A stretch of 64,000 nt of DNA. Origin: Toensbergia leucococca. Taxonomy: Eukaryota. Where the stretch lies: contig JALDZS010000040.1 of the NCBI GenBank assembly GCA_022813965.1, positions 1 to 64,000 on the forward strand. Direction: 5' to 3'. The notes beneath the pieces are model-generated. The model did no database searches and was not told the origin of the DNA. It saw only the letters and a program-made list of their open reading frames with translations. A program made the translations under genes and the position numbers. Of the stretch, positions 24,592 to 35,530 are shown one piece after another; the stretch's first letter is position 1, and every line of letters begins with the position of its first letter.

Positions 24592-25908
24592 ATGGCGTCC
24601 TCAGCAGTGACGTCGGCTTTAACAACGATCGAGACTTCCCCAACTCAGCAGCAGGACAAAGGTACAGCCTACACAGAACTGCTCAGACAAATCGTGTCAA
24701 ACTCCGAAGTTGCTCAGATATCAGCAAATCTTGCCGCCTTCATTGACTCAATACTAGGAGAGAGCTTGAGCACCGTCGCTACGAGAACACTCCTCAGCTC
24801 ATTTGTGGATGTTGTTAGATCTATCCCAGACTCAGCCGCCAAGATTGATGCCGGAACCTACGCATTGAATGCTTTGGACTCGCGGGTTGTCCAGTTTGAC
24901 GAACAAGATGCTATGATACGGGAGATATTGGCGGACGCTTATCAGCATCAGGAAGATTTTATTGAAGCTGCGAAGGTACTACAAGGCATACAACTAGAGT
25001 CCTCTTCACATCAAACTTCCGATGACGTGAAGGTCAAGACATGGATTCGTATATGTCGATTATATCTGGAGGAAGATGACACTACAAGCGCAGAGAGTTT
25101 CTTGAATCGAGCCAAAAACTTGCTCTACAAAGTAGAAGACAAGGAGCTCAATCTAATGTTCCAATTATCACAAGCCCGGATTCTTGACGCTCGAAGAAGA
25201 TTTTTGGACGCTAGCCAGGCTTATCATAATTTCAGCTTTTCACCGGTCTTGGATGGAGACGAGCGAACTCGCGCACTGTCGTCAGCTATCGTTTGCGGTG
25301 TTCTGGCACCAGCTGGTCCACAGCGATCGCGAACATTAGCGAAGCTGTACAAAGATGAGCGAGCCCTTCAAGTGGCAGAGTTCGGGATCCTGGAGAAAAT
25401 GTTTTTGGACCGTCTACTTTCCCCTTTTGAGGTAGCTAGATTTGCCGACAAGCTCTCTCCTCACCAGCTTGCCCAGACTGCGGACGGGTCTACGGTCCTG
25501 GCTAAAGCTGTAATTGAGCACAATCTGCTTGGAGCTTCGAGGCTATACAATAATATTAGAGTGGATGAGCTAGGAGTACTACTTGGTCTTGAACCCAAGA
25601 AAGCTGAAAATTATGCTGCTCGCATGCTCGAGCAAGGCCGTTTGACCGGCAGGATAGATCAGATTGACGGAGTCATCTTTTTTGATGGGTCTGAGGGTAG
25701 CGGTGAGAAGACAAGTGTTGGCCAGGCGGATCAAATCATTGGTAGAGATCTCCCAAAGTGGGATAGTAACGTTCAAGGTCTAGCAGAAGAAGTAGAGAGA
25801 GTCTCATCCCTACTTCAAACGCAATTTCCGGTGGGCTTAGCTCCACTCTTGACAAGTATCATGTGCTGACGAGACTAGGACTTTGTGGCTGCCAATCTTG
25901 TTCATTAG
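24592..25908 (+). CDS. CSN4: COP9 signalosome subunit 4
   Basis: AAKVLQGIQLESS, WIRICRLYLEEDD, SQARILDARRRFL, LAPAGPQRSRTLAKLYKDER, ILEKMFLDRLL, DGSTVLAKAVIEHNLL PCI domain; intron 25831-25878 gives terminal DFVAANLVH*. Confidence 0.95.
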
Positions 25909-26310
25909 ATATGTTCTGCATGTAAATTAAATCAAGCTTTTTTGACATGAAACAGTCACAGCTCACGTTCTGAGATATCAGAATTCTATTGCTCAGATAA
26001 TTTGGATATCAGATTTAAAGAATTAACTCATGTTAAGATTTAAAGTGTACTTCTTGTTAGAATCTATGATGTCTTTAATGTCAATCTGCATGTGCACTTC
26101 TGCTTTAAACTTGTTTGCAGTGTTCTGAGTTTTATTATTAAGAATAGACACTGTAAGCTTAGGACTAATAGTTGACTGATTCTTTCGGTGATTCTTTGAG
26201 GGGGGTGTTTTTGAGATCAAAATACCCCAAATAGGCCTAATCATAGCCTGAATGGGCTTAGGTTCATTCTGAAAACTAAATTTTCACTCCATTTATGTTA
26301 GAATATCGTG

Positions 26311-26390
26311 GCTCGCGCCGATGACTGAAATCCGGAAAGCTTAGGCGACCTCTCACCTAGGATTTCCGGATTTCAGTTGTCGGCACGAGC
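26311..26390. repeat. 80-bp hairpin / MITE-like element
   Basis: 28-bp inverted arms 26311-26338 and 26363-26390 (3 transition mismatches), flanked by GTG on both sides. Confidence 0.7.
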
Positions 26391-26462
26391 GTGGCTACCA
26401 AATATTTGTCCATTTTCATCAATAACTATGGATAGTGATAGCGAGCATGGACTAAAAGTCTC

Positions 26463-26571
26463 AATAGCCAGACTATTAGTTGACTGATTCTTGGTTCAGA
26501 ATCGACTACCAACTACTGATTATGTCCGTAAATAGTCGATTCTACCCTCAGGACTAATAGTCTGGACTATT
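26463..26571. repeat. Nested imperfect inverted repeats, probable degenerate DNA-transposon end
   Basis: aatagccagactattagt / actaatagtctggactatt outer arms; agaatcgacta / tagtcgattct inner arms; a related unit (gactaatagttgactgattctt) occurs near 26163. Confidence 0.55.
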
Positions 26572-27334
26572 AAGAGCCTTGAATATACGAATCCGTACGG
26601 ATAGTGTGACTGACTTAATCTACATTGCATGACCTTATGAAGCATGTCCAATGAGATCTATAGCTCGCCCTCCGATGTTGTTGGGGGTACAAGCACATGG
26701 GAACCAAGCCAAGATAAATGAAACTTCTCCCAAATTTGGATCAGGCTGATACTTCCGACTATATATTTCAGTGCCTTAACGCTCAGCCTCTCAGCCGCCT
26801 TCGAATAACGAGCGAAGAAGCCTTCAAGCTTTACGATTGCATCAACCATGCCATGTTCCCAAGTCAACACCGAGAACCTATGCATCAGGATGCGACATTC
26901 GAAGAGAACATGGTTGTTGTAGATCACTACAGACGCGGCGGGCTGGAAGCACGCTGCTGCCACAAGCTGACCAATCAAGCTGGCTCGAAGATGGAAGAAG
27001 TGGGAGCTTGCCGTCTTGTGGTGGGGGCTAGACATGCATTGCCAGTTGGAACAATGCTTTTGGTCCTTGTATTTCATATGGCCCTGCCTATCACATCATT
27101 TCTCTGCGGCATCCTGGCTTGCTCGTCGGCAGCCGTGTGGGCAGTGGGCAGTGGGCAGTGGGCACCTTCTTCTGACTGCCCCGCCCAAGTTCGATAATAC
27201 GTTATGCTCCCCTCTTTTCTCTTCTAATACTCTAGCATTTTCACCTCATCGTTCTCAAATTTCTGATGCGTGATGCATGAAAGATAATATCAAGCGATAC
27301 TATCCTTGGGCTTCCTACATCCTGACCAGCGAAG

Positions 27335-30300
27335 ATGGATCCTATCACAGTCCTTGCCGCGTTAGGAACCACGCTTCAAATCGTGAAGGAAGTCTGGGAA
27401 GGCTTGCAATGGATGCAGCGAATCTATGAGACTCATACCGAGGGCGACAAAACCCTGCAGTCAATCGCGCTCGAATGCAGCATCTATGGTGAATCAATAA
27501 AGACCATCGGACAATGGCTCAAAAGGAATCAGGCCGCCACCGGCCTGATGAGACAAATGCGTACCACCCACAATGCAATCACACTGGTGCAAGTCTCGAT
27601 GGCGAACATGCTGCTGGACCTTAAAAGGTTTCAGGACAATGGGGACCAGATAAGCGTGAAAGACAAAAGAATTTCCAAGGCAAAAATGAATATCAAAATG
27701 TTCCAGCATTTTTTAGAAAATTCAATGAAACTACAGTGGTTTGCCGAAACTATGAGGCTTCATCTTGTTGAGTTGAGGGCTCATGCGGCCACGCTCCACC
27801 TAACTTTGGGTGTGATTGAATTGTAAGCCTTCGAGCATCGGCTAGCTCTATCACCTAACATCCGCACTAGGACCGGGTACACGCCAGAGCACAAGGAGAA
27901 GACGCCGGAAAAGTTAGAGGACAAGACGGGAAAATTGGAGAAGAGACTCTTGCTGCGGCAAATCATTACGAAAGCTCTAGAAATCAAACGCGCCAAAATC
28001 GCAGAGCTGGCTGGAGGTGGCGAGTCGGAGCAATCATCCTCTAATCCTTTCTCCGGCTCTTTACAAAAGTCGCCTCAAAAGTTGACCTTTTACGAAGTTG
28101 TTCAGCTGGCACGCCAGCAAGCATTCGCGGAGAAGACGCGGAGGTTGGATGAGGACTTGATAGACCTCTCAGACACGCCTCAGCCGGTGCTGAATCCTGC
28201 ACCTTGGAACATAGTGCATTGTAATCCTGATCTACTCGATTCTATCGACCCCGTGGCATCTCAGCGAATCCATCCCTCTTTTTTATCACAGAATGAATTT
28301 GGGACGCCTAGATTGAATCAATATATCGAGCTGGCGAGCAACGAGTCTGCAATTGCAGAACTGAACGCAACCTCATCCCCCAAGCCATCTATTGTGGATC
28401 TACTTGGGATCGTTGAACTTCCAGCTTCGTCCCCTAAGCCATCTGTTGTGGATGTGCTTGGGCTTGTTGAACTTCCAGCTTCTCACGCTGATGGCATCTG
28501 TATAAAAGTGCCCAGTGAACCATTGGCTTCAGCAGAGACTTCGAACCAGCCCGATTTCCAACTCTACCAGTCCAGTGAAGTGCTAATCGGTCAAGATAGG
28601 GACACCGATGAGAAGCTTGCTGTGCTTGAAGCTATCGGCCCTGAAGCTTCTCTAGCTGGCGGTTCAGATACAAAAGAAGCTAATGAATCATGTGCTTCGC
28701 CGGCGAATTTTGATCAGCCGAGCGTCCCTATGCACCTACCTACCACCGCATCCATCAATCAAGGGGACAGTGCTGATGAGGCTTCTACCAACATTTCTCC
28801 TGCTGGCACTGCTGCGCCAAGCATATTCAGTCACTCTTCCTCGTTGACTTGGGCAACTGGCTCCTCCTTGTCTGGAATTACAGAGGAGGATGTGAAAGCC
28901 CGTAATTCTTTTGAATTTCCTTCGTTCGTCCCAAAATATTCTCCATCGCCAATGAAGAGAAGGGCAACAGGTTGGGCTGGACCTTCATTGTCAAAGAGCC
29001 TGGCCCACGGAAATGATGCCGAGCTAAAAAGAAGTCGGTGCATCGGCTCAACTCCAACGACCCACACGGACTTGGAGTTGTCATCAAAGCCTCAACGAAC
29101 CCAATCCGAAGACAGTGTCTCTCTATCCCCATCACTATCACAAGTTTCAAATATTGATGAACTAGATAATCAAGGTCTTCCATGGATTGTTCAAGCAGCT
29201 CGCGATGGAGACGAACAAATGATTTGCAAACTACTTGTCAGTGGTGCAGATATTAAAGCATTTCATACTTCAACGCGGCGGCATGCACTTTCAGAAGCGT
29301 CCATACAAGGTCACCAGAAAATTGTAGATTTGCTCATTGAGGAAGGATGTCCGCTCGAATATCCTGATGCCGAGGGAAATACAGCTCTGCATCATGCCTG
29401 TTGGAGAGGACATCTTACCGTCGCCAAGAGCCTGATAAGCAGTGGTGCCTTGGTCAATGCTTTGGGATCACAGGGACAGACCGCTTTACATCTTGCCATA
29501 CAGGCGCCTCATCAGAACGTAGTGATGCTCTTAATCCAGCACAAGGCGAATATTAATGCTCGAGACGCCTCTTTCCGGACTCCGTTACACATCGGCGCCA
29601 GCCAGGGCAACGTAGCGATGTGCAACTATCTCCTCAACGAGGGCGCGCAGCTCGACAGCAGAGAAGCGCAGTCCAAAACCCCCCTACAGCTTGCTTGTGA
29701 AGCAGGCCATTACGAATTAGTTCAAATGATGCTAAAACAATCGAATCTCAATCCTACCAACATGACCTTTCTTACTGCTTTCTTTGCAGCAGTGGAGTAT
29801 GGTCACGTGCGAATCGCTGAATCCTTCTTCCCACATGGTCTTAAGCTACAGGAACTCAAGAAAGACTCCCATAAGCCCGTCACCTTGGCCGCAAAAAGCG
29901 GCTGTCTTGCTATGGTCGAGCTGATGATACAGGAGGACTGCGATATAAACGCCAGAGACGAAAATGGATGGAACGCCCTTCACTTTGCATCTCATCACGG
30001 GCACTATCAGGTCATTGAACGACTGATATCGAGTGAGGTCTCTGCTAAAGCTACTACATCACGGAAGGAAACGCCGCTACTCTTCGCCGTTAAAGGAGGC
30101 CACTTCGCAGTCGCCGAAAGGCTTCTTCGAAGTGGTAAAGATAGCAATCTCATCAATGCGCAAGACGAGCAGGGTCAACAACCCGTCCATCACACCGTTC
30201 GTGCTGGCTCGGTCGAGATCTTTAATTTGCTGATGTCGAATGGTGGAAAGATCAACGTGGAGAACTCCTTTGGCTGGCTGCCACTGCATATCGCAACTGC

Positions 30301-31789
30301 GTACGGACATCTTACCCTAGTCGAACGACTTTTGCAACAAGGGGCAAACATTGAAGAGAAACTAGGCTCATCGTCAATCAAGAAGGATCAGACGCACAGA
30401 ATTGTTGAAGAAGGTTACTGGGCAGAGGCAAGGTGGCCATACCCTGGAAGTCGTCCATTGCATCTAGCGTGCGAATATCGCCATGATCAGATCGCAAATC
30501 ATCTGATCAGCAAGGGCGCAAAGATGGAAGCAACGTGCAGCGAAGGCTGGCAGCCTCTCCATCATGCCACATACTTTGGTTCTCCTACGATGGTGAAAAT
30601 CCTCCTAGAGGGTGGCGTCAATCCACATGCATCGACGAACGAGGGCAAAACAGCCCAAACCATCCAGTTTTGCACAAGTGGTACCCCGATTTTGGAAGAG
30701 GAGAAAGAGAGTATCAAAAACCTGCTGAGGGAGGCTATGGATAAGGTCCGGAAACAGAAGAACTTCAAAGTAGCTTTGAAGAGAGGCAGCACTGTTGAGG
30801 AGAAGAACAACCTAGTCAGAGCAGCGACGTTTTCCCTGAATGTTGTATCGAGACCGCATTTGCATAGGGCGACGGATACTGCACAAGCCTCGGATCCAGC
30901 TTTGACAAACTTAGACTTGGTGTCAACGTCACGTCGCCCTCAATTTCCACATCTTCCGCATACTTCACCTCTACCTCTGACAGACTCAAAATCGGTGTTG
31001 GGCTCACACCATCCTTCGACTTCCCGTCTACCAGTGCCTCAAGCGGAAGCAAAGCCACCCGCCTTACCTGTTGTAGCCGGCTCGAGCCTCGAAAATACCG
31101 ATATATCCGCGTCCGAAGCCTCGTCCAAAGCACTGACAGCTGACAGCGCCACTGATCAAACTCCGCTGCCGAACAACACAGACACCCCAAATCCCACGCC
31201 TGCACCTAATACCGAAAAGCAAGTATGTGTACAGCCAGAAGCCAAACTCAAGCGGAGGGCGACATTCGGTCTGGGCAAAGTGAAGCCGGGGACTGAGATC
31301 GGGAAGCTTGGACTAGGTAGCATGGGGAAGCCAGGGCTTGAGATTGGGAAGCAGACATTTGACATTGGAAAACAGACACTTGGGATGGGAATCAAGGCAT
31401 TCGAGCTTGGGAAACAGGGACTCGAGATAAGCAAACAGGGACTGGGGAAAGGCAAACAGGGGCTAGGGAAAAGCAAGCAGGGACTCGAGGCCATACAGGG
31501 ACTCGAGATGGGGAAACAAGGTCTCAACATCAGCAAGCAGGGTTACAAAAAGGCGAAGAAATTCGCCACGAAAGGGAGAATAGGGTCCGGGAAACGGTCG
31601 GATGAAAGTAAGCCGATTGACGGTCAAACTTCCATGGATGGGATCAACGATGACAACAAAGCCACGAAGAATGGTGCTGACCATAGTGGGAACCAAGGTA
31701 ATGACGACGACGATGATGACGGAAGCGACGATGCAGGCAGTGTGTTCTCGCTGGGTGAGTTTGCCGATCTAGGGAGTAAAGACTTTTAA
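27335..31789 (+). CDS. HeLo-like/SesA-like N-terminal domain + ankyrin-repeat protein, 2 exons
   Basis: Exon 1 (27335-27822) MDPITVLAALGTTLQIVKEVW... joins in frame via 48-bp intron 27823-27870 (GTAAGC...CTAAC...TAG) to ORF 27935-31789, which carries about 12-14 ankyrin repeats (GNTALHHAC, GQTALHLAI, RTPLHIGA, GWNALHFAS, GWLPLHIAT, GWQPLHHAT). Confidence 0.88.
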
Positions 31790-32337
31790 GGAGCGCGGAA
31801 ATTGGGACTGAGTACCGCGTAATTGGAGTCTTTGTATCACAGGACTTAGGTGGTCTTATTTGAGAAATGTGTTTTTTGTCTTTTCAGTCTCTCGATAAGA
31901 ATCAACCTCAGAAGATTGACTCATCAAGAGCCGTAGAAACTATCGCCTGATAGCTCTCATGAAGAGTACTCGTATTATCTAGCATTTTGACTCTCATTGT
32001 GCTTGTTTTTGAAATCGTGAATCATGGTTGCAGTCCTTTGATCAATAAACAAGTTTCTTGTGTATGTAGAGGTTCTTTTGTCACACTCAAGCAAAGGACT
32101 CTGGTTGAGATGATAGAGTCTTCATAGATACGGTAATCATACTGCGCAAGGCCAACACTGTTGAATCGTTGATGGAGTCAAGGTCGATGATGACGAAACT
32201 CTAGAGTAAGGTATCACGGTATTTATCATTTTTAGCTTTAATTATCGTCTGTTTACTCCGTACTCGGATCCTCCTCTTTTGAAATCGCAGTCACTTCAAA
32301 TTGGACCGTTGGTTTTCCAAAACTATCGCCCTTCACT

Positions 32338-33078
32338 ATGTCCAAGGCTGTCACTCACAGCGCCGCCTCCCACTTCTTCGTCGCTGTCCACACCTACCTC
32401 AGCATGCCGCCTCCTTCACCAACCCATCTCCACACAACGTTCAAAGTTTTCAAAAGCCTTCGTCCACGAAGTCTTCAGAGCTCCCAGATTCACAAACCAT
32501 ACTCAACCTCATCCAACGCACCCCGCAAAGAACCTGTGATCCCCCGTACACATTATGATTTCTTTCCCCAAACACTCCCATCTGGTCCACCCCCTAAAGG
32601 CCCCTTCGACCTGGACATACGCCAACTTCGCAGAGAATTCCTCCAGTTACAAGCCAAAGCGCACCCAGACATGCATCAAGGAGCAAACAAAGCACGTGCC
32701 GAGGGGGCCTCAGCAAGGATCAACGAGGCTTACAAAACATTGCAAAGTCCACTACTCAGGGCGCAATATCTACTTTCGCTAAGGGGTATTGATGTCGCAG
32801 AAGATGAGACTGCTAGAGTCGAAGATCCTAAACTGCTAATGGAAGTCTTGGACATGAGGGAGGAAATAGAGGCTGCTGCGACCGAGGAAGACTTGGTACC
32901 GCTGAAGAAGAAGAATGCGCGGAACATTAAATCGAGTGAGGATGTGATTGAGGGAGCTTTTTCGGAAGATGATATACTGCTTGCTAAGGAGGAGGCCGTC
33001 AGGCTGAGGTATTGGATTAATATCAAGGAAAGCTTGCACGCTTGGGAGAAGGGGAAGCCAATTGTCTTGCAGCACTGA
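32338..33078 (+). CDS. JAC1: Mitochondrial Fe-S cluster co-chaperone HscB/Jac1
   Basis: J-domain LRREFLQLQAKAHPD, SARINEAYKTLQSPLLRAQYLL, HscB C-terminal LLMEVLDMREEI...AVRLRYWINI. The true start may be the downstream ATG at 32404. Confidence 0.93.
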   Translation: MSKAVTHSAASHFFVAVHTYLSMPPPSPTHLHTTFKVFKSLRPRSLQSSQIHKPYSTSSNAPRKEPVIPRTHYDFFPQTLPSGPPPKGPFDLDIRQLRREFLQLQAKAHPDMHQGANKARAEGASARINEAYKTLQSPLLRAQYLLSLRGIDVAEDETARVEDPKLLMEVLDMREEIEAAATEEDLVPLKKKNARNIKSSEDVIEGAFSEDDILLAKEEAVRLRYWINIKESLHAWEKGKPIVLQH

Positions 33079-33441
33079 AATACTCATTGAATTGAGCTGA
33101 ACCTCAACATATATATTCTCGTCGACCAATTGCCCCTAGCGTTGTTGAGACAAGAAGTTAGAATCTGTATCCTCATGTTTATGAAGGATTGAACATTTAT
33201 CAATGCAATGCAATGCAATTCCTCACCGCTGCAAGGGAAAACCCAATGATTTATTAAAGCATCCTCATCAGAATTTGACTTTTCATAAGAATTCATTCCT
33301 CTCCGCTATGCCCTCCACCCCTCAAACAATCTTGTTCCGCTCCGCCCCTCCGCCCAAACTGAACACATCTCACAGACTGACCGCTCTAATTATCGCCTCA
33401 CGCCGGCCCCTCATGATACTCCTTCCCTAGGACGTTCAAAG

Positions 33442-34978
33442 ATGAAATCATACATTCTACTCCTCATCTCAGTCGCATCCCTAATAAATAGCAGCCCGAC
33501 TGTCTTCAGCGTTCACGACGACCTCCTCGCATTTCCCCAAGTACATCACTCTCCTCCCATACCTCTGTAGACTACCAAAAGCCACTAACAGCTCTCAGTA
33601 CCAAATTATCTTCTCAGAAACCTTCATCTCCTCCCAAGACGCCGAATCGCGGCTCGCATCCACAGCTCAAACCGATCCCCCCACCCCCAACACAGAAGAA
33701 GACACAGGAGCAGAACTCTCGCAGCGAAACCACCAACATGACAACCCAAACAGTGACCCTCACGAGCCATTTAAATATGACCTCGACGGCTCGTCTACAG
33801 AGACCTACGAATCGATGATCCTTCACGGCAAGCCCTACCTCTGCGCAATCCCTACTGTAAAAGCCAGTCCCCAAAACGCAAGCACCTTCACAGCCAGCAA
33901 AGCCGACGAGGCAAACGAGCTAGCACGCGCGAGCGAGCGAGGATGGGAGCTACTGAAAGATATGGACTGTATGTACTTTATCTCAGGGTGGTGGTCCTAT
34001 TCCTTTTGCTACAACAGGCACGTCAAGCAATTCCATCAGCTGCCGCCAGGCAAAGGAGCGCCGCCCTTTCCGCCGGTAGAGGATCCGGCGACGCCATCTT
34101 TTGTGCTGGGACAGTTTGGGGGCAAAGATGGGGGCAGGAGGGCGGAATTAGGAGGCGGGGAAATGGAAGTCGGCGGCGGAGGCGCCGAGATGACCGAAAT
34201 GCAAGCAAAAGGCGAGGTCAGATACCTAGTGCAAAAGCTTGGCGGGGGCACGACCTGTGACCTGACCGGCCGCGAGCGCCGCGTGGAGATCCAATTCCAC
34301 TGCCACCCGCAGAGCGCCGATCGCATCGGCTGGATCAAAGAAGTCACCACATGCTCCTACCTGATGGTCATCTACACGCCGCGCCTCTGCCACGACGCCG
34401 CCTTCCTCCCGCCCCGCGAAAACACCGCGCACCCAATCACCTGCCGCGAAGTCGTCTCCGACGACGACGTCCCCGCCTGGCAATCCCGCATAGCTGCCGA
34501 CGCGGCACGCAAGCTCGTAAATGGCGGCTCCGATGGCGGGCGCCCCACTGTCGGCGGCATTGAGGTCGGCGGCATGAAACACGTCGGGCACGAAGGCCAT
34601 CGGCTCGAAACGCCCCAGGCTCCGCAGCCAGCTCCTGCGTCTACGTCGTCGTCGTTGTCGGAAGAGGGCACGACGGATGTGGTGGCGCAGAGCAGCAGCG
34701 GCGGGAAGGTGCAGCGGTTGTCGGACGAGGAGTTGCGGACGATGGATCTGGATCCGGAGACTGTTGATTTGTTGCGGCGGGAGCTGCAGGAGTTGGCGGG
34801 GGAGCGGGGGTGGAAGTTGGAGGTTTTTGAGGCGGGGGATGGGGGGAGGGAGTTGAGGGGTGTTGTTGAGGGGGATGGGGAGGGGGAGGGGGAGGAGGTT
34901 GTGGAGATTATGATTGTGGGGGAGGAGGAGGAGGGGGGCGTGGGGGGAAGTGAGGAGGGGTATCGGGATGAGTTGTGA
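33442..34978 (+). CDS. YOS9: ER lectin OS-9/Yos9 homolog (MRH/PRKCSH domain), 2 exons
   Basis: Signal peptide MKSYILLLISVASL, FSVHDDLLAFPQ|YQI (intron 33541-33598), CMYFISGWWSYSFCY, YLVQKLGGGTTCDLTG, IKEVTTCSYLMVIYTPRLC, C-terminal ER-retention RDEL. Confidence 0.93.
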
Positions 34979-35530
34979 GATTGGAAGGGAGGATGGTTTT
35001 GTTGCTTGTGTTTTTTGTGGTTCTGTAAATACATACCCCCAAGTTTTTTTTTTGAGGGGGAAGGGGGGGGGTTCTGCACTCTAGAATACCCACCCACGAC
35101 ATTCTTCAATACCCCCTAGCTACCCTCACGAGGAAGAAAACATTGAACCCGCATCCGCACCGAATTCTTCACCACCACACTATCAAATTCGCATTCCTCT
35201 CTCTCTCTCTCTCTCTCTACCTCGCACCGCGCCACGGCACGGCCACTGCCCTCGGATCTGAAGATGTTGCCTCCCTTTCTTTTCTACTAACAACCCACTC
35301 GCCTAAGGTACCTATCCACGAAATTCTTCACCTCGCCTCATCCACCTTTTCGTCCCCACCCCCAAGTCACTATCACGCAAATCCGTCCAAAAAAAATCCA
35401 AAATCCACGGTCCTCTTCCTCTCTCTTCTAACCACCTGACCCGCCCCACTTACCCGCGTATACCCTCGTTCTCAATTCCTTCCCCCAATCCCAGCCCCCG
35501 ATCCCAGCCATCCCCCCCAAAAAAGCCCGA

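Noticed and set aside
34372..35109. 245-aa minus-strand Ser/Pro-rich ORF
   Set aside because: Antisense shadow of the GC-skewed YOS9 coding region.
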